A stretch of 64,000 nucleotides of DNA, from positions 13,236,224-13,300,223 of the forward strand of contig NC_057754.1 of NCBI RefSeq assembly GCF_004010195.1. Reading direction: 5' to 3'. Shown one piece after another: positions 23,694 to 38,255 of the stretch; the first letter of the stretch is position 1; each line of letters opens with the position of its first letter. Made by a program: the position numbers and the translations under genes. Under the pieces are notes generated by a model, which was given only the letters and a program-made list of their open reading frames with translations, was not told where the DNA came from and searched no databases. Source of the stretch: Chiloscyllium plagiosum (lineage: Eukaryota).

Positions 23694-25199
23694 TATATTG
23701 AATGGAGGAGCAAAATTGATGGGCTGAAGGGACCACAGCAGTTCTCATTTTATATTTCACAATGTTTAAACATATTAAGGGATATGAATATTGTATGGGA
23801 AAAACTGCAATAAGGAGATGTTCGGCCATTAACTAGCACAGGGAAAGCTCAATGTGTTGTGTGACTACTCCTTTCCCGATGTTTCTGTGCAGTCTGTGGA
23901 AAAGCTCTGTAAATGTTGTCACAAACTCTCAGATGTTAGGAAGGAAGTCTCTGCACGGTCAACAGGATTATGTTTCCCATTCTCTTTTCCGACACCGAGG
24001 TTGGGGCCGCGTGTTCCCTCCAGGTATACCCTTTGAGAACTCGGAGCAGTTTGATACAAATGAGTGCCTTGCTTGGCCGTTTCAGAAACCATTTAAGAGT
24101 TTATCACAGTCTTTGTGTCTGGAGTCAATTTTAGGCCACACCAGAAAAGCATGGGAGATTCACTTCCTGAACGCGCATTGGGGAAGGAGATCGATGTTTA
24201 CAATCAATATTGTACACAAGATCACTATTACTGACACCAGAGTTTAGATCTCGATATGTTAGTAATTGTTTTTAACTTGCACCAGCTGCCCAAGCATTAG
24301 CCTTGTCTGTATTAGTAATCCAATGACAATTCCACAACAGCACCATTTCGACATGGGGACTTATCTGAAACCATACCAAGCTGGTTATTTCTGTGCTGAT
24401 TGACAGTTCTGTTAAAAAGAAATCCCACCAATTTGACTGTTGTGATGGGACTGAGGGGGTGGTAATTTCTCAGATTGTAAATATTCTCATTTTAGGGAAC
24501 TGGACATAGCTGAGTAATTTTCCACATTGCCAGGGAGATGTCAGAGTTGGAGTTGGAATGATACAGCTTTCCCAGGGACATGGTTTGTTGTGCAGCACAA
24601 CTCTTCGGTCTTCTTGCAGGAATGGTGTCAGGGCCCATTGCCGTTGTCGTAACGACTGTGTTCAGCTGTTCCTTCATGTCACGTGCAGCGAATCAAATTG
24701 CTTGAAGACTGACATCTGTGATGCTGTAGGCATCATGAATTGGTTGATGTGGATCAAAACGTCTGGACGAGGATAGTGCAGACACAACATACTTCCATTA
24801 TTTAGGATGGGTATATTTTTGGAGTCAACTCCTCCAGTAAGTTGGTTAATGGTCCATCGACATGTATGCTCGGATTTGGCAGGATGACAGAGCTTAGATC
24901 TGATTTGTTAGTCGTGGGATCACTTCTGCCTCTGTACCAGATGTAAGCTCTGCTGTTTCGAATGTAACCAGTCAAGTGCGGTAGCTTTAATGGGTTGTCA
25001 TCAGGTAAAGGTACACATGGTACTGACCCTGGCATGTTCACCCACACTCGTCACTGAACCATAGATCGGCTTGATGGTAATGGTGGACTGAGGGATTATC
25101 TTGTGGGAAAGGTTGCAGTTTGTCATTGAATACCATTCTGCTTCTGCTGCTGCTGTGATCGACAGCATCAGACGATAACCCAGTTTAAGCTGCAATATC

Positions 25200-25500
25200 T
25201 ACAATTCAATTCTACTGACTATCCCCCAGTTCACACCGAGACCCATTCACCCAACAGCTCTGTATTCAGTGACTTACTCTGGTTTGTGATGCGGTAACAC
25301 TTTCATTTTCATATTCTCCTTCTGCTGAAATTCTTTCCTTGGTGTCACACCTCCAATTTGTTACTTTAACTCAACTATTTAAGGTACTAATCTGAATCTT
25401 TTCCTTTCTGGAATGCCATCTTCTGTGTTTGAAGTGAACGTGTTTCCCTCTGTTTTTCTCCCTGACCATAATTCAGAGCTCTGCAGTGTCAGTGATGCCA
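25200..25500 (+). mobile_element. Old L2 LINE 3' fragment
   Basis: Resembles the PITPVL.DLHWLP..QR..FKIL motif; paralog ~42890-43200. Confidence 0.5.
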
Positions 25501-25779
25501 GGTCATAGGGTGGCAAGGAGGGGGAATGTTGACTATGTGGTATTATGTAGATCTGACCATAGATACGTTTTCATTCTTGAGATCATCACCCCCTTTAGAC
25601 AAAGAAATTCAGATGCTTGACTTTTTATTGGCACTAAGTAAGCGTTTCATGCTGCCTCAGTATTGTAATAAGGAGAAAAGCAAATAACAATATGAAGTTT
25701 GGTATGAGTATAGTTTTACTGTCAAGTTTAATATAGTTTCCAATTTGCAGTACTTATCTTTAAATGTTTGTTCTTGAAA

Positions 25780-27110
25780 TTAGTATCGGATGGAGTGTAG
25801 AAGATTGCCGGCTGATATTATAGAAGTTTATAAAATCATGAGAGGTATGGATCGGGTGAATAGCCAAGATCTTATCCACAGGATGGGAGAGTTCAACCAT
25901 AGAAGGCATAGGTTTAAGTTGAAAGGGGGAAGATTTAAATGGGACGAAGGGGCATTGTTTTCGTACAGAGGGTGGTGTGGGTATGGAATGAGCTTCCAGA
26001 GGAAGAGTGGTAGATCCATGTACAACTGCAACATTTAAAACTCATTTGGACAAACATATGAATGGGAAACATTTAGAGGCCTGTGTGCCAAATGAAAGCA
26101 GATGGGGCTAGTTTAGTTTGGAAAACCTGGCCAGCATGGTCATTCAGGAAAGCTTCACGCAGAGTCAGTGTGGTTTTGTGAAAGGGAAATTATATTTTGC
26201 CCTGTAAGATCATGCAAAGTTTTTCCTGGAGGTGCCTAAAAGGTAACAAGTGGACTTGATAAAGGGGATCTGGTAGACAAGAGGCTTTCCAGAGATTTTC
26301 CACAGGGTATTACAAAACAAAAGATCTTACTCAAGCCAGAAGCTCGTAGGATGATGGATAATGTATTAACACGCGATGATGATTGGTTAACACATATAAA
26401 TCGGAGAGTCAGGATTAATAAATCTTCATAATAAAGATGTATCTACTGGAGTGCCACAGCTATCAGTCCGATGGCATCAGTTATTTACAATCTATACTGA
26501 CAACCTGAAGGAGGGAGCTGAGTGCAATATACATCCGAGTTTGTGGATGACACTGAGAACCAAAAGGCAGGCTTTTATTTAATGGAGAGGACTTCCAGAA
26601 AAGGAGCAGTACAAAGAGATTAGAGTGTTCCTGTGTATGAAATATAAAGTCAGCATGCTGATGCAGCAAGTAGCTAGCTTGGTTAATTAGCCGGCTTCCA
26701 GGGATGAAAGGGTTGAGTTATTCAGAATCTCTATAATGGTGAGGTGGTTATTCATTGGGGTTCAAATGAATTAAGAGTGATTCTGCTGAAATATATAAGA
26801 TACAAAGTGGGCTTGAGAAGGTAGATGTTGAGAAGTTGTTTCCATTCCGAGGCAGAGTGTCGTACTCGAGGGCATATTTACCGAATAAGGAGCATCAATT
26901 TCAATCTGAGGTGCAAATTGATGTATTGTCTCAGAAGGTAGTGCTGTCTGGAATTCCCTAAACCAGAGAGGTGTGGAGGGATAAAGGAGTCGGCAAGAAA
27001 GTGGAGTTGAGCCCTGAAATAGATCAGCCATGTTCTTATTAAATGACAGGGCTAGCTTGATGGGCCGAATTACCTACTCCTATTCCTATTTATTAAGTTC
27101 ACATGTTATG
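25780..27110 (+). mobile_element. CR1 3' fragment followed by a decayed CR1/L2 RT fragment
   Basis: DIIEVYKIMRGMDRVN...RRHRFKLKGGRF; GVPQ and gatcagccatg tail; paralogs ~44055-45350, ~49880-50750 and ~62240-64000. Confidence 0.85.
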
Positions 27111-27884
27111 CTTTTGGAAATTAACTGGTTATTTTCCTAGTCATGGTGTTGGACAATGTTGCATTCAGGGACAGCAGAGGATTCGTTTGGGTTAACCCTG
27201 GGTGGAGTATGGGGGCTGTATTCCCAGCGTATCTGGGCCTGTAACATGACCCACATCTGGAGCAGAGGTTACAGAGGGGGAAAGCCTGGAAAGAGGTCTT
27301 GGGGGTGGGGGTCGGTTCCTGACCCAGCCTGGATTTACCAAGTACATTTCTGAAACGACACCTAACCATCGGAGTGGCCTCGATCTGCCCTTGTGTAGCA
27401 GGCCCGAAAGGCTGAACGTAACATCAGAACACAGGGCTGACGGACACGACTGGGCCATTCGGCCATTTGACACTACTCCACCAGTAAATAAGGTCGTGGT
27501 TCATCTCATTGTGTACCCAGCTGCACTTTGCTCTCCATGTACCATTATCCCTGATTCACCTGTCTATGGAAAATTAGACGAAACCAGTCTCGATATAATA
27601 ATAAGATTCAGCCATCCCAAACCTCTGGGAAAGAGAATTCCCACTGGAATGAATTCCCACTTGGTGAATTTCACCTAATTCCTGCTCTGACTGAGGTTGG
27701 AGGGTGTCACTGTTTCCTTTTCTAGTCCCACTCCTCCACTGCTCCCAACAAATTTTAAATGTAACCAGGTTGGTGATATTTTCGATCATAAAGGTCTCAG
27801 ACTGGGTCAGGTTCAATGACAGGAACAAGTCAGGCAGGTTTCTTTAGTCAGCCACAAATAACTAATAGAACTAACGAATGTACA

Positions 27885-28235
27885 TGGTGGACCTGTGGTT
27901 CGCACTGCTACCTCCCATCACCAAGGAGCTGGGTTCAATACCAACCTCGGGTGAAGGTCTCTGTGGAGTTTGAGTATTCTCTATGCAGGTATCTGTGTGG
28001 GTTTCCTCCAAATGCTCCAATTTCCTCCCACAGTCCAAAGATACGCAGCTTTGAGTGGATTGGAGATACTAAACTGCCCATCGTGCCCAGGGATGTGTAG
28101 GTTAGGTAGGTTAGTCATGGGAAATGAAGGGTCACATGTATAGGGTAGGGGTGCAGATCCGGGGGAATGCTGTTCGGCGGTTCAGTGTGGACTTGATGGA
28201 TGGGATGTCCTGCTTCCATACTGTAGAGATTCTGT
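27885..28235 (+). mobile_element. Older HE1/V-SINE copy
   Basis: gtggttcgcactgct, B box gggttcaatacc, tgtggagtttg...ttcctcccacagtccaaagat; paralog at ~51503-51845. Confidence 0.85.
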
Positions 28236-28729
28236 GAAAATGTCAAGAAATTTGGACTATTCCCAGTGGGTATCTATCTGATCCACTCTCTTCTAGGTCT
28301 TGTATGTTTCAATAAGTTCACCTCTCTTTCCAAGAGTGACCTTGGAAAGCCTTCATAATATAAGGTACTCATTCCTGGAATACGTGAAGCGAAACATCTC
28401 CAAACTGCTTCCAATATAATTATATCCTTTCTCAGATAAGGAGACAAAGAAAAATTAATCTCACACTCAGATCTTGAGTTCTATTTTTGTTGTCTCAGTG
28501 TTGTGATTCTTTGTAACAATCTTCCCCACAGAGCATTGGAGGCAGATATATTGAATAATTTTGAGGCACAGACAGAAGATTCATAAATAACAAAGCTGTC
28601 GAGGATTATCGGGGATTGGCAGGAATGTGTGGTGTTCAGCAAAATGTAGACAGTGGTGCCAAATGACACGGCTCCAGAACATCCAGGAATATAATTCAAA
28701 ATGAGCCAATAATATCGATAAAATGTTAT

Positions 28730-31700
28730 GGGGGAATCCAAGATGGCGGCGATCCGGAAGGTCTGCTTTACTGGGGTCTGCATCACAGCACGGGTAAAGT
28801 GGTTTTCTAACCCACCCCATCCCAGCCATTTACTTAACATTCAACACTAAAAAGAGCGATAGAAGCTTTACTAATCCCGTTTTGCCAAGTGGAAATGACA
28901 AAACACGGGAGAGGATCGAGTAAGTCCCAACACGCGGTGTACCCGTCAGAAACATCGAGCATGCATGAGGCTGTAGCTGCAACCCACTCTGCTAGTTCGA
29001 AGGACCCAGTTACTCACCAGGCCTTGGTCACTGAGTTCACCAATTTACTTGCAATGATTGAAGGTATGATTGAACAAAAGTTCAGCTGTGGTGAGAACCG
29101 CTGTCAGACGTGCTCCAAAAACATGAGCAGCAACTAGACAGCCTTGAAACAGAACAGACAATGTCATGCACAGAAGCATTGACAGAGACTGTGATCGATT
29201 CTTCTCGGGAGAGGATCCTCCCCCTTGAAATGCAGGTCCGTACCTTAGATGAACAGGGACAGGATGAAGAATGTTCACATCGTCGGTCTGCTGGACCAGA
29301 CGGCAGGTGGTCAGCTAGTGAGTTTCTTCGAGATCTGGCTGCTGTGATTCCTTCAGTTCGAAGCTGAAGAGGGACGTGTGAAGACTAAGACAGTTCATCG
29401 GGTTACGACGCGGAGGTTAGACTCAGACCAACGCCTTCGCCCTTTCCTTGTGCAGTTACATAGTTTTAGGAATAAGCAAAGACTGATGGAAGCTCAGTGT
29501 GGTTTCCGATGGCTTTAATTCACGAGAACTCCAGGATTATGTTCTTTCAGGACTTTTTAGCAGTGGTGATTCCGAAAACAAAACCTTTTGATGATATCAG
29601 TAGAAGAGTAAGGGAACTCGGGATTCAGTATTCCTTACGGTTTCTAGCGGTGCTCCGTATTGCTTTGAGTGGATCAATGAACTCGTCTAACTCCCCAGAG
29701 AAAGCGAAAATTTTGTGGACATTTTAAAGTAAGCTGAATGTTTAGATAATCATGTTTCTCTCTTAAAAAAATTTTATTGGAATTTTCTGGTATTAACCAG
29801 TGTTAAATTATAGTCGGGGATGGGTAGAGTACACACTATTAACTTCTTCATTAGTATTACTACTCGTTTTCTCTTTCTTTGCTTGTGTCTGAGGTGTGGC
29901 CCAAGCTGGAAGGAGTTAGAATGGTATTTGTGATGACTAAGTGCCGACCAAAGGGCAGTTGACGCCCGATATTTGTTATTAATTGCCCTGGATGCCATTT
30001 TGGTAGCGGGCAGAAGATAAAGTTTTGTGATATGTAAGCGTCCCCATTTGGCAGGGTGTGGGGGGGGGGTGGTAATTCCCCTATAAAGTGTCATTGGCAC
30101 TTTGGATTTGTTTCGTTCTTTGTTTTTTATGTGGCTAGCTTTGGAAAGTACTGAGAGCTTGTTAGCTGTAATAGTTTTAGTTTGTACAGTTTTTAGGCTC
30201 GATGAGTCATTTGTCATTAATGCTCAGCGATGTGCAATTCGATGTGAAACACTCTCGAGTTCAAATGTTGCTACAGAGTGTTATGGATAATTATGTGCTT
30301 AAATGGTGTACCTGAAACATTAAGGGGAGCCACCTGCCAGTCAAGAGGAAAAATGTAATTTCTCGTCTTAAAAAAACAGAGGGTGGATGTTGCCCTATTG
30401 CAGGAGATACATTATGATGACAAGGAACATTTGACGTGACAGCAGGGCTGCTTTGATCGGGTTTATTTCTCGCATTTTAATACTAGGAGTAGGGGAAAAG
30501 TCATAATGGATACGAAGAGCCTTCCATTTAAATAACGAGATTGTATTAAACACTCACGGATGGATCATAATCCTCAAAGCCTTAAACTATGGGAATTAAT
30601 ACAGTATTTTGAATGTTTATGACCACCCGGCGCATCCTCTTAAAATCCTGGTAGATGCATTTCCCAAATTAAGTTATCTTGCATCGTGGAACCTTATTGT
30701 AGAAGGAGATTTCAACTGCCTTATGGACACCACGGTAGACAGAATGTCCAAAGGTCCCCCAATACCCTCATTATAATGTAAGCAATTAGTGAATTTGTGT
30801 GCAGAACTTCAACGCGGTGGATGTCTGGAGGCAGATCAACCTCACAAGTAGGGATTTTATTTTCTTCTTTAACCCGCAGAAATGGCACACGAGGGTTGAC
30901 CTCTTCCCCATACCTGCAACAATCTTGGATTCGGTGGCATCCTGTAAAATTGGGAATATTACCCGAACATACCTTCCCCAGAGGTGGGATAGAAGTCACA
31001 TAAGATTATGTTGTATGCAGATGAAGGTCTTATATTTTTGTCAAATCATGCAATTTTGGTAGCTCCCGTGATGCAATGCATTAATTCGCTTGTCGCCATT
31101 TCGGGCTTTAAGATTAATTTCACAAAGTTTGAGGCCATGCCTATGGGAGGTCTTGGGAAAATACCTGATGTTGAGGGCAAATCTTGGTTTCTTTTTAAAT
31201 GGTCACGGGGGTGTGGGGGGGGGATGATTTGTCTATTTCAGTGTATCATTACATCCGGTTTTGATCATTTATTTAACGTGAACTATATCCATTTGTTTGA
31301 CAAAATTAAACAAGACTTTCAAAGATGGGAGGCATCTCCAATATCCTGCCTAGGTCGGATAGCTGTTCTTAAAATGAATGTCCTGCCTAATTTACTATAC
31401 CCCGTGTGAATGCTTTCTTTGATGTTTCCCAGACAGACATTTAGGGACTTTGTGGCTGGTTTAGCTCTTTTATTTAGCATCATAAGCGACTCTTTATCAA
31501 GCTAACCAAATTGTAACTACCTCACAGATTGTGGGGAGTAGATCTCCCAGATTAAAAGCTATGAATTCAGCTCTTTCTTATCCTATGTTAGCGCCTGAGC
31601 CGCTGAGGACTCGGCGTCAATAGGGTTAAATATTGAACCATTTCAGACAAAGTGAACCCTTATTAGTCTGTTGGTCTTAGACAAAATGACAACATTTATG

Positions 31701-31736
31701 GAGTATTGTCATAACCCAATAATTATCAATACCGTA
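28730..31736 (+). mobile_element. L1/Tx1-type LINE, decayed, with internal deletion (copy 1)
   Basis: 5' GGGGGAATCCAAGATGGCGGC; ORF1 from ATG 28895; endonuclease motifs QET and GDFN; then RT LYADE, GFKINFTK and LGRIAVLKMNVLP. Confidence 0.92.
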
Positions 31737-32236
31737 NNNNNNNNNNNNNNNNNNNNNNNNNNNNNNNNNNNNNNNNNNNNNNNNNNNNNNNNNNNNNNNN
31801 NNNNNNNNNNNNNNNNNNNNNNNNNNNNNNNNNNNNNNNNNNNNNNNNNNNNNNNNNNNNNNNNNNNNNNNNNNNNNNNNNNNNNNNNNNNNNNNNNNNN
31901 NNNNNNNNNNNNNNNNNNNNNNNNNNNNNNNNNNNNNNNNNNNNNNNNNNNNNNNNNNNNNNNNNNNNNNNNNNNNNNNNNNNNNNNNNNNNNNNNNNNN
32001 NNNNNNNNNNNNNNNNNNNNNNNNNNNNNNNNNNNNNNNNNNNNNNNNNNNNNNNNNNNNNNNNNNNNNNNNNNNNNNNNNNNNNNNNNNNNNNNNNNNN
32101 NNNNNNNNNNNNNNNNNNNNNNNNNNNNNNNNNNNNNNNNNNNNNNNNNNNNNNNNNNNNNNNNNNNNNNNNNNNNNNNNNNNNNNNNNNNNNNNNNNNN
32201 NNNNNNNNNNNNNNNNNNNNNNNNNNNNNNNNNNNN
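31737..32236. other. Assembly gap, exactly 500 N
   Basis: N run. Confidence 1.
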
Positions 32237-32420
32237 GGTGGAGGCTGGTACAATTGCAACATTTGAGAGGCATTTGGGATGGGTATATGAATTGGAAGGG
32301 TTAGGAGGTATATGGGCCAGTTTCCGGCAGGGGGGACTAGATTGGGTTGAGATATCAGGTCGGCATGGACGGGTTGGCCTGAAAGGTCTGTTTCCATGCT
32401 GTACATCTCTATGACTCTAT
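32237..32420 (+). mobile_element. Young CR1/HER1 3' end
   Basis: VEAGTIATFERHL, 3' UTR ending ...gtttccatgctgtacatctctatgactctat. Confidence 0.9.
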
Positions 32421-35400
32421 ACACGAGTCTTAACTGCTCCCTGAGGATGAGGACACCACAGGTAGCACAACACTAAAGTGAAAGGTACGTCCTTATTTCT
32501 TGGTGGGACCTGTTATTTTAAAACTTTGTTAACTGAACTTCAAATCACCACCTCTTTGCAGATATAAGGACAGAATAATTATGAATAAACATAAACCATT
32601 CCGGGCTCCAAACCTGTCCCACATTCCCACTGAACCTTTCCAATTGAATATGTTTCAAACCCAGCCTCTGCTGCTGTCTCAAGAAGAGAATACCTGTTAG
32701 CATAGCACCACATGAAAAAAAGGAGTAGAATTAGGTCATTCGGCCCATCGATTCTGATATGCCATTCAATAATTTCTTATATGTTCCTCAACCTCATTCT
32801 CCTGCCTTCCCCCAAGAATTCTTGATCCCGTTATAAAACAAAAAACTTATCAATTTGTGTCTGTGTCTACATGTGCGTATGTTTGTCCATCTGCTTGTCA
32901 TCTGTGTATTTGTGCATCTACGTTTGTCTTTCTGTGTATCAGCCTGTGTGTTTCCATCTATGTTTGTGTCTATTTGTGTGTGACTCTATATGTCTGCGTG
33001 TGTTCTTACGTGTGTGTATGCCTATTCCCTTGTATGTATTGTGTTGTTCGTATATTGGGGTGATACCAATGATACTGTGTATTTCTGTGTCTCCATCTCT
33101 GTGCAGTGAGGTAACTGTATTTGGGGGGGGGGGGGGGGTGGTGGTGGTGGGAGTTAAGGGACTGTCGTGAGAATTGCATTTCACTGAGCACTGCTCCTTA
33201 ATCGGTCAGTGGGACATGGATGTTTCAAAAATTTCACGCGAGGCATCCCAGTCCGCTTCATCTTGTATTAGGTTCCTCCCGACATGGCGGATGTGGGGGA
33301 GGGGTGAGGGAATGGATATTGGGTACTCCACCACCCGGCTTGGCCATTTCTGTCCTATTCCAGGCTGTTTCTCTTGGAATAGAAGAAAGGGATGGAAGGA
33401 GTGAGGGCAGGAGTGGATGTCCTTGCTGTTAGTGCTGGTGGAGGTGGATCTGGGAGGAATTGTGAGGCGTCCAGAATAAGGCAGTCGACAGTTTTGAATC
33501 CATATTATATTATTAATGTGTGGGCGTATTGCGTAGGTGACAGAGAAAGTGTGGGAAGGAAGTTGCTGAATTCAATAGTGAGAGTGGTAGTGCCTGAGCC
33601 TTATTTGGAGATAGAGCATGAGAATTTTCTGGGGGTAGGTGCTATAACAGATATACAGAGAGGGTGACGGAGCAGAGAGAATTCGGTGACCATTATCCTG
33701 ACAGAGTGGGGAGGATATTGATGCTTGTCCTGTACTGATGGAGATATCTTCAGATCATCTCAGCGTCGAGATGAGCCTCCCCGAATGTCCTGTCCAAGTC
33801 TATCACTAATAATGACACAGACCTGTCCCTCAGATTCCACATAATCAGTTTATGTAGAACTCACAAATAGCAAGGCGCAGCAAATATTGGTGTGTTCTAT
33901 ATCGGTTGCAGAAAATCTGAGCATCATATGCTCTGGAAATTAGATATGCAAGTATCATGGATACTGCAGTTTTATTGGATATTCTCAAGTTGCATCTAAA
34001 CTGTATTAACTCAGTGTCTGTTTATGCTGTGCAAAATAAATTCTGCACGTGTATGTGAGGTGGGTTGAAGAGTATGTTGTGAAGCAAACTATAGAGCAGT
34101 TTAATTTGGGTTTGGTGTTGTGTAATCAGAAGGAAGAATTAATAACCTTGCTCTGAATCAGTTTTGAAAGAATAGAGACGTTAATAAGGTGCATTTTACA
34201 TGGTGTCTGCATGAATATAGAATGCTTGAACGTTCTGGTTAAACATCATGGTCGCCTGGAGGCTAGAGGGTCAAGTTCACTCCAGTGAATTGGGAAAGTA
34301 CAATATAACATATAGTGGGAGCCAAGCAATATTTGTTGGAGTCATAGAGTCAGACAACACGGAGACAGGCCCTTCGGCCCAAACACGTCCATTCCGACCA
34401 AAATGTCCATCCACGCTAACCCCATTTCCCTGCCGTTGTCCTGTATCTTTCTAATCCTTTCCTGTCCATGTATTTGTACCAATGCCTTTTAAATGTTGTG
34501 AATGTTCCCGCTTCAACCACTTCCGCTGGCACATCATTCCTTATGCATATCACCCCTGTGTGAAAAGCAGTTGGTCCTCAGGTTCCCTTTTATTGTTCCC
34601 CCTCTGACCTTAAACTGATTTCCTCTTGTCCGTGATTGCCTAACCCTGGAAAAAAAAAACAGAGTGCATTCACTCTGTCCGTCCTTTCCATGACCTTATA
34701 CACTTCTCTCAGATTCCCCCTCAGCCTCATACATCTAAAGTAAAAAGTTCTAGCTTGTCCAACCTCTCCCAATAACTCAGAACATTGAGTCCTTGGCAAC
34801 ATTCTTGTAAATTTCTTCTGCACTCTTTCCAGTTTAATACCATCCTTCCCATAGCAAAGTGAACACAGCTGACCATAACGCTCCCAGTATGGCCTCACCA
34901 GCATCCTTTATAATTGTAACGTAACTCCCTAATTTACATACTTAGTGATATACACTGATGAAAGCCAGCGTGCCAAAAGCTTTCTTCACTGCCCTGTCTA
35001 CCTCTGAATCAATTTTCAGAGAACTATGCATATGAATTCCAAGGCCCGTCTGTTCCACTACACTCCTTCGGACCCAACCATTCACCATGCAACTCCAACC
35101 TTGATTTCACTTCCTAAAATGCAAGAACTTACACTGATCTATATTAAAATCCATTTGCCATTTCTCAGCCACTTCTCCAGGTGATCAGGCTACTGCTGTA
35201 TTTTCTCTGAAATTTCTGATAATCTTCCTCACTCTCCATGATGCTGCCTATTTTGTCTTCAAACTTACAAATCATGCCTGTACATTCTCATCTAAAACAT
35301 AGATATATGTAATATGTAGTGGACCCAGCACTAACCCATGAGGCTTTCCATTAATCACAGGCTTTCAGGCTGACAAGCATCCTTCCACTATTACCCTCTG

Positions 35401-35616
35401 CTTCCCACCATCAAGACAATTTTGCATCTAATTTGGCAGCTCCTCCTCAATTTCATGCGATCTAACCGTCCAGAGCAGCGTACCATGTGGAACCTTATTG
35501 AAGGCCTTACTGGAATCCATAAAGACTACATACACCATCCTGCCCTCCTCAACGTTGCCAGTCACTTAATCAAAGAATTCGAACAAATTTGTGAGCCATG
35601 ATCTCCCATGCACAAA

Positions 35617-35710
35617 GCCGGGCTTTTCCCCAAAACATTGATCTTCCTGTTCCTCGGATGCTGCTTGACCTGCTGTGCTTTTCTAGCACCACTCTAATCT
35701 TGCTCCTAAT
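35617..35710 (+). mobile_element. Single arm of a Penelope terminal-repeat fragment
   Basis: gggcttttccccaaaacattgatcttcctgttcctcggatgctgcttgacctgctgtgc matches the arm of the 17788-17999 family; missing at ~18303. Confidence 0.7.
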
Positions 35711-37283
35711 CACACCCTGTCTTTCAAAATGCATGTATATCTTATCTCTCAGAACCTGTTCAAGTAAGTTATCTACAACAGATTTTACGTTTCGTGGTCT
35801 ATAGTTCCCACGTTTTTCTTTGTAACCCTTCTTGAGTAAGGACACAGCATTCGCTGTCCTCCAGTCCTTCGTGACTTCGCCCGTTGGCCAGCGATGATGC
35901 AAAAATATCAGTCAGGGCTCCGGCAATTCGTTCTTTGTCCTCCTGCAGTGTTCCTGAATATATCAGGAAATTTATAGAAATGTTGCAAAATATTTTTATT
36001 TCAGATACAAGCACCAAAGAATGGGAAAGTGACACAATGATGTTTAACATAACAAATTAGAAAATGTAATAATCATGGGAAATGACTTCGGAAGAATTTC
36101 AGTCATTGTGGAAACCTGAGAACTCTCAGAAATTCACGACCCAGAAACAAGGGACCTGAAACTGATAAGGAAATCAAAAATAGAACATGAATGCTAACAA
36201 ACAGGAACAAAAACACTGCATTAATCTACAATGTGTATTTCAAAGGAAACAAAGTAAAAGCAAGTTCAAATATGGAAATTGGTAATTGGGAGAGGAGAGA
36301 GTTTATTGTGAAGAACAAGGAAATGGCCAAGAAAATAATCATTTGTTTTGTATCTGTCTTCAAGGCGGAAGATCCATAAAATCAGCCAGTAATACCAAGT
36401 GATCATGTAACGCTTGTGCAACTGAAGAAAAAAGTCAATTTATATCAGTAACAAGGTAGTATTTGAAAGTGTAACTGGATTGAGTATTGCTGAGTCTGAC
36501 AAACCTGACGTACTTCATATTAAAATGTGACATAAATCAGCAACAGAAGTATTAATTGCACTGTCGATGACTGCGTTGCCACAGGAAATGACATCAACAA
36601 CCCAAAGAAACCCTTTAAAAGAAAGCAGGAATGTGTAGCATCACTTCGCCAGAGGTCCAGTGAAGATGTTACCTAGTATGGTAAGGAAACGTCGGGAAAT
36701 GAACTGCCTGCTTAGCGAGCAAACCTGCATCCATTGTGTACAGTGTTGGTGACCCAATCTGAGAAAGAATATACTGACCACAACAAAACTGCAATGGACG
36801 TTCTCCAAATTAATCCCACAGATGGAGAGAATGTCTGATGAGGAAACTCGGCCTATGTTCTCGAGCGTTTCAACGAATGAGAGGTGGGTCACAGTGAAAT
36901 TTACAAAATTCACAAAACATATGACAAATTGGAAATTATCAGGATGTTTCCCTGGCTGCCCAATCCAAACTCAAGGCAAATAATGGCAAGATAAGGGATT
37001 GGCCACTTAAGACCGTAATTTTGAGGAAATTCATCACTCGGTGAGAACTGCCTAAAACAGGGTCATAGAAACCTGCTGGCAGGGTAAGATTAAGGAAAAT
37101 CTCCAGATATTCTGCAAGTGTGTCAAGCAGAAATGTATAACAAGGGAACAGGTACGAGTCATTATTAACTTGCCAAATGCATCCAAATCAACTTAGTGTT
37201 AGGAGACAGAGGGTAGTGGTTGAAGGCTGTTAGTGTGACTCGAGACCGATGTCCAATGGTGTATCACAAGGATCAGTTCTGTG

Positions 37284-37475
37284 ATTCGGAGGTGCTGGTG
37301 TTGAACTGGGGTGAACAAACCTAAAAATCACAGAACACCAAATTATAGTCCAGCAGGTTTATTCAGAGGCACGAGCTTTCAAAGCGCACAACCACCTAAT
37401 GAAGAAGCAATGTTTCGAAGTTAGTGCCTCCGAATAAACCGGTTGGACTGTAACCTGGTGTTGTGTGATCGTTAA
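37284..37475. mobile_element. Paralog of the 20285-20496 fold-back element, more decayed
   Basis: Same position in the host CR1; right flank CCTTATTATTTGTG at 37476-37489. Confidence 0.8.
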
Positions 37476-38255
37476 CCTTATTATTTGTGGTATTCATAAA
37501 TGATGCAGCTGTGAATATAGACGGGAGTGGTGGGAGTGTAACAACTAAGTTTGATACAAAGATTTGCCGGGTGGTTGGCAGTGAGGAGGAAGGTCTTATG
37601 TTGCAGGAAGATACAGATGAAATGGTCAGATGGGCAGAGCAATGGCAGATGTAATGTAATCTTGATAAATATGATGTGATACACTTTGGATGAAGGAACT
37701 GGACAGGGAGTACTCAATGAATGGCAGCACACGAGGAAGCTCAGAGGGTGTTTTTTCACACTTCCCTGAATGTGACAAAACAACTTAATGCACAATTTTG
37801 AGAAAGCATAAGGGACCGTAACATAATCTTTATTCATCAAGGCATAGATTATAAGAGCTATGCGGAACTTTGGTTTGGCCAAGATGGAATACTGTGTGTA
37901 GTTCTGGGAACCACATGACAGGAAAGATCTGATTGTAGTGGAGGGGGCTCAGAGGAGATTCACCAGGATGTTACCAAGGATGGAGCATATCAATTATGGA
38001 GAGAGGCTGAATAAGCTCGGGTTGTTTAGTTTGGAGCAGGGAAGGCTGAGGGGGCCGTGATTCAGATGGATAGGATTCCGAGGGACATGGACAGGGTAGA
38101 TAGACAACAGCTGTTCTTTTTAGTCAAAGGGCCAAGAACAATGCAGCACATTTTAAAGTGAAGGGTTTGACATTTGGAGGGAATTGAGGTTTGTTTTTCA
38201 CCCAGAAGGTGTTGGGGTCAGGAATGCCCTTCCTGAAAGAGGAGTTGTCATGGTA

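Larger units (their letters stand above)
14298..31736 (+). repeat. Segmental duplication unit, copy 1 (~17.4 kb repeat mosaic)
   Basis: Collinear with 32425-48290, including junctions between unrelated repeats (anchors 14298/32425, 16860/34340, 21805/39091, 25790/44061, 28889/46238). Confidence 0.95.
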
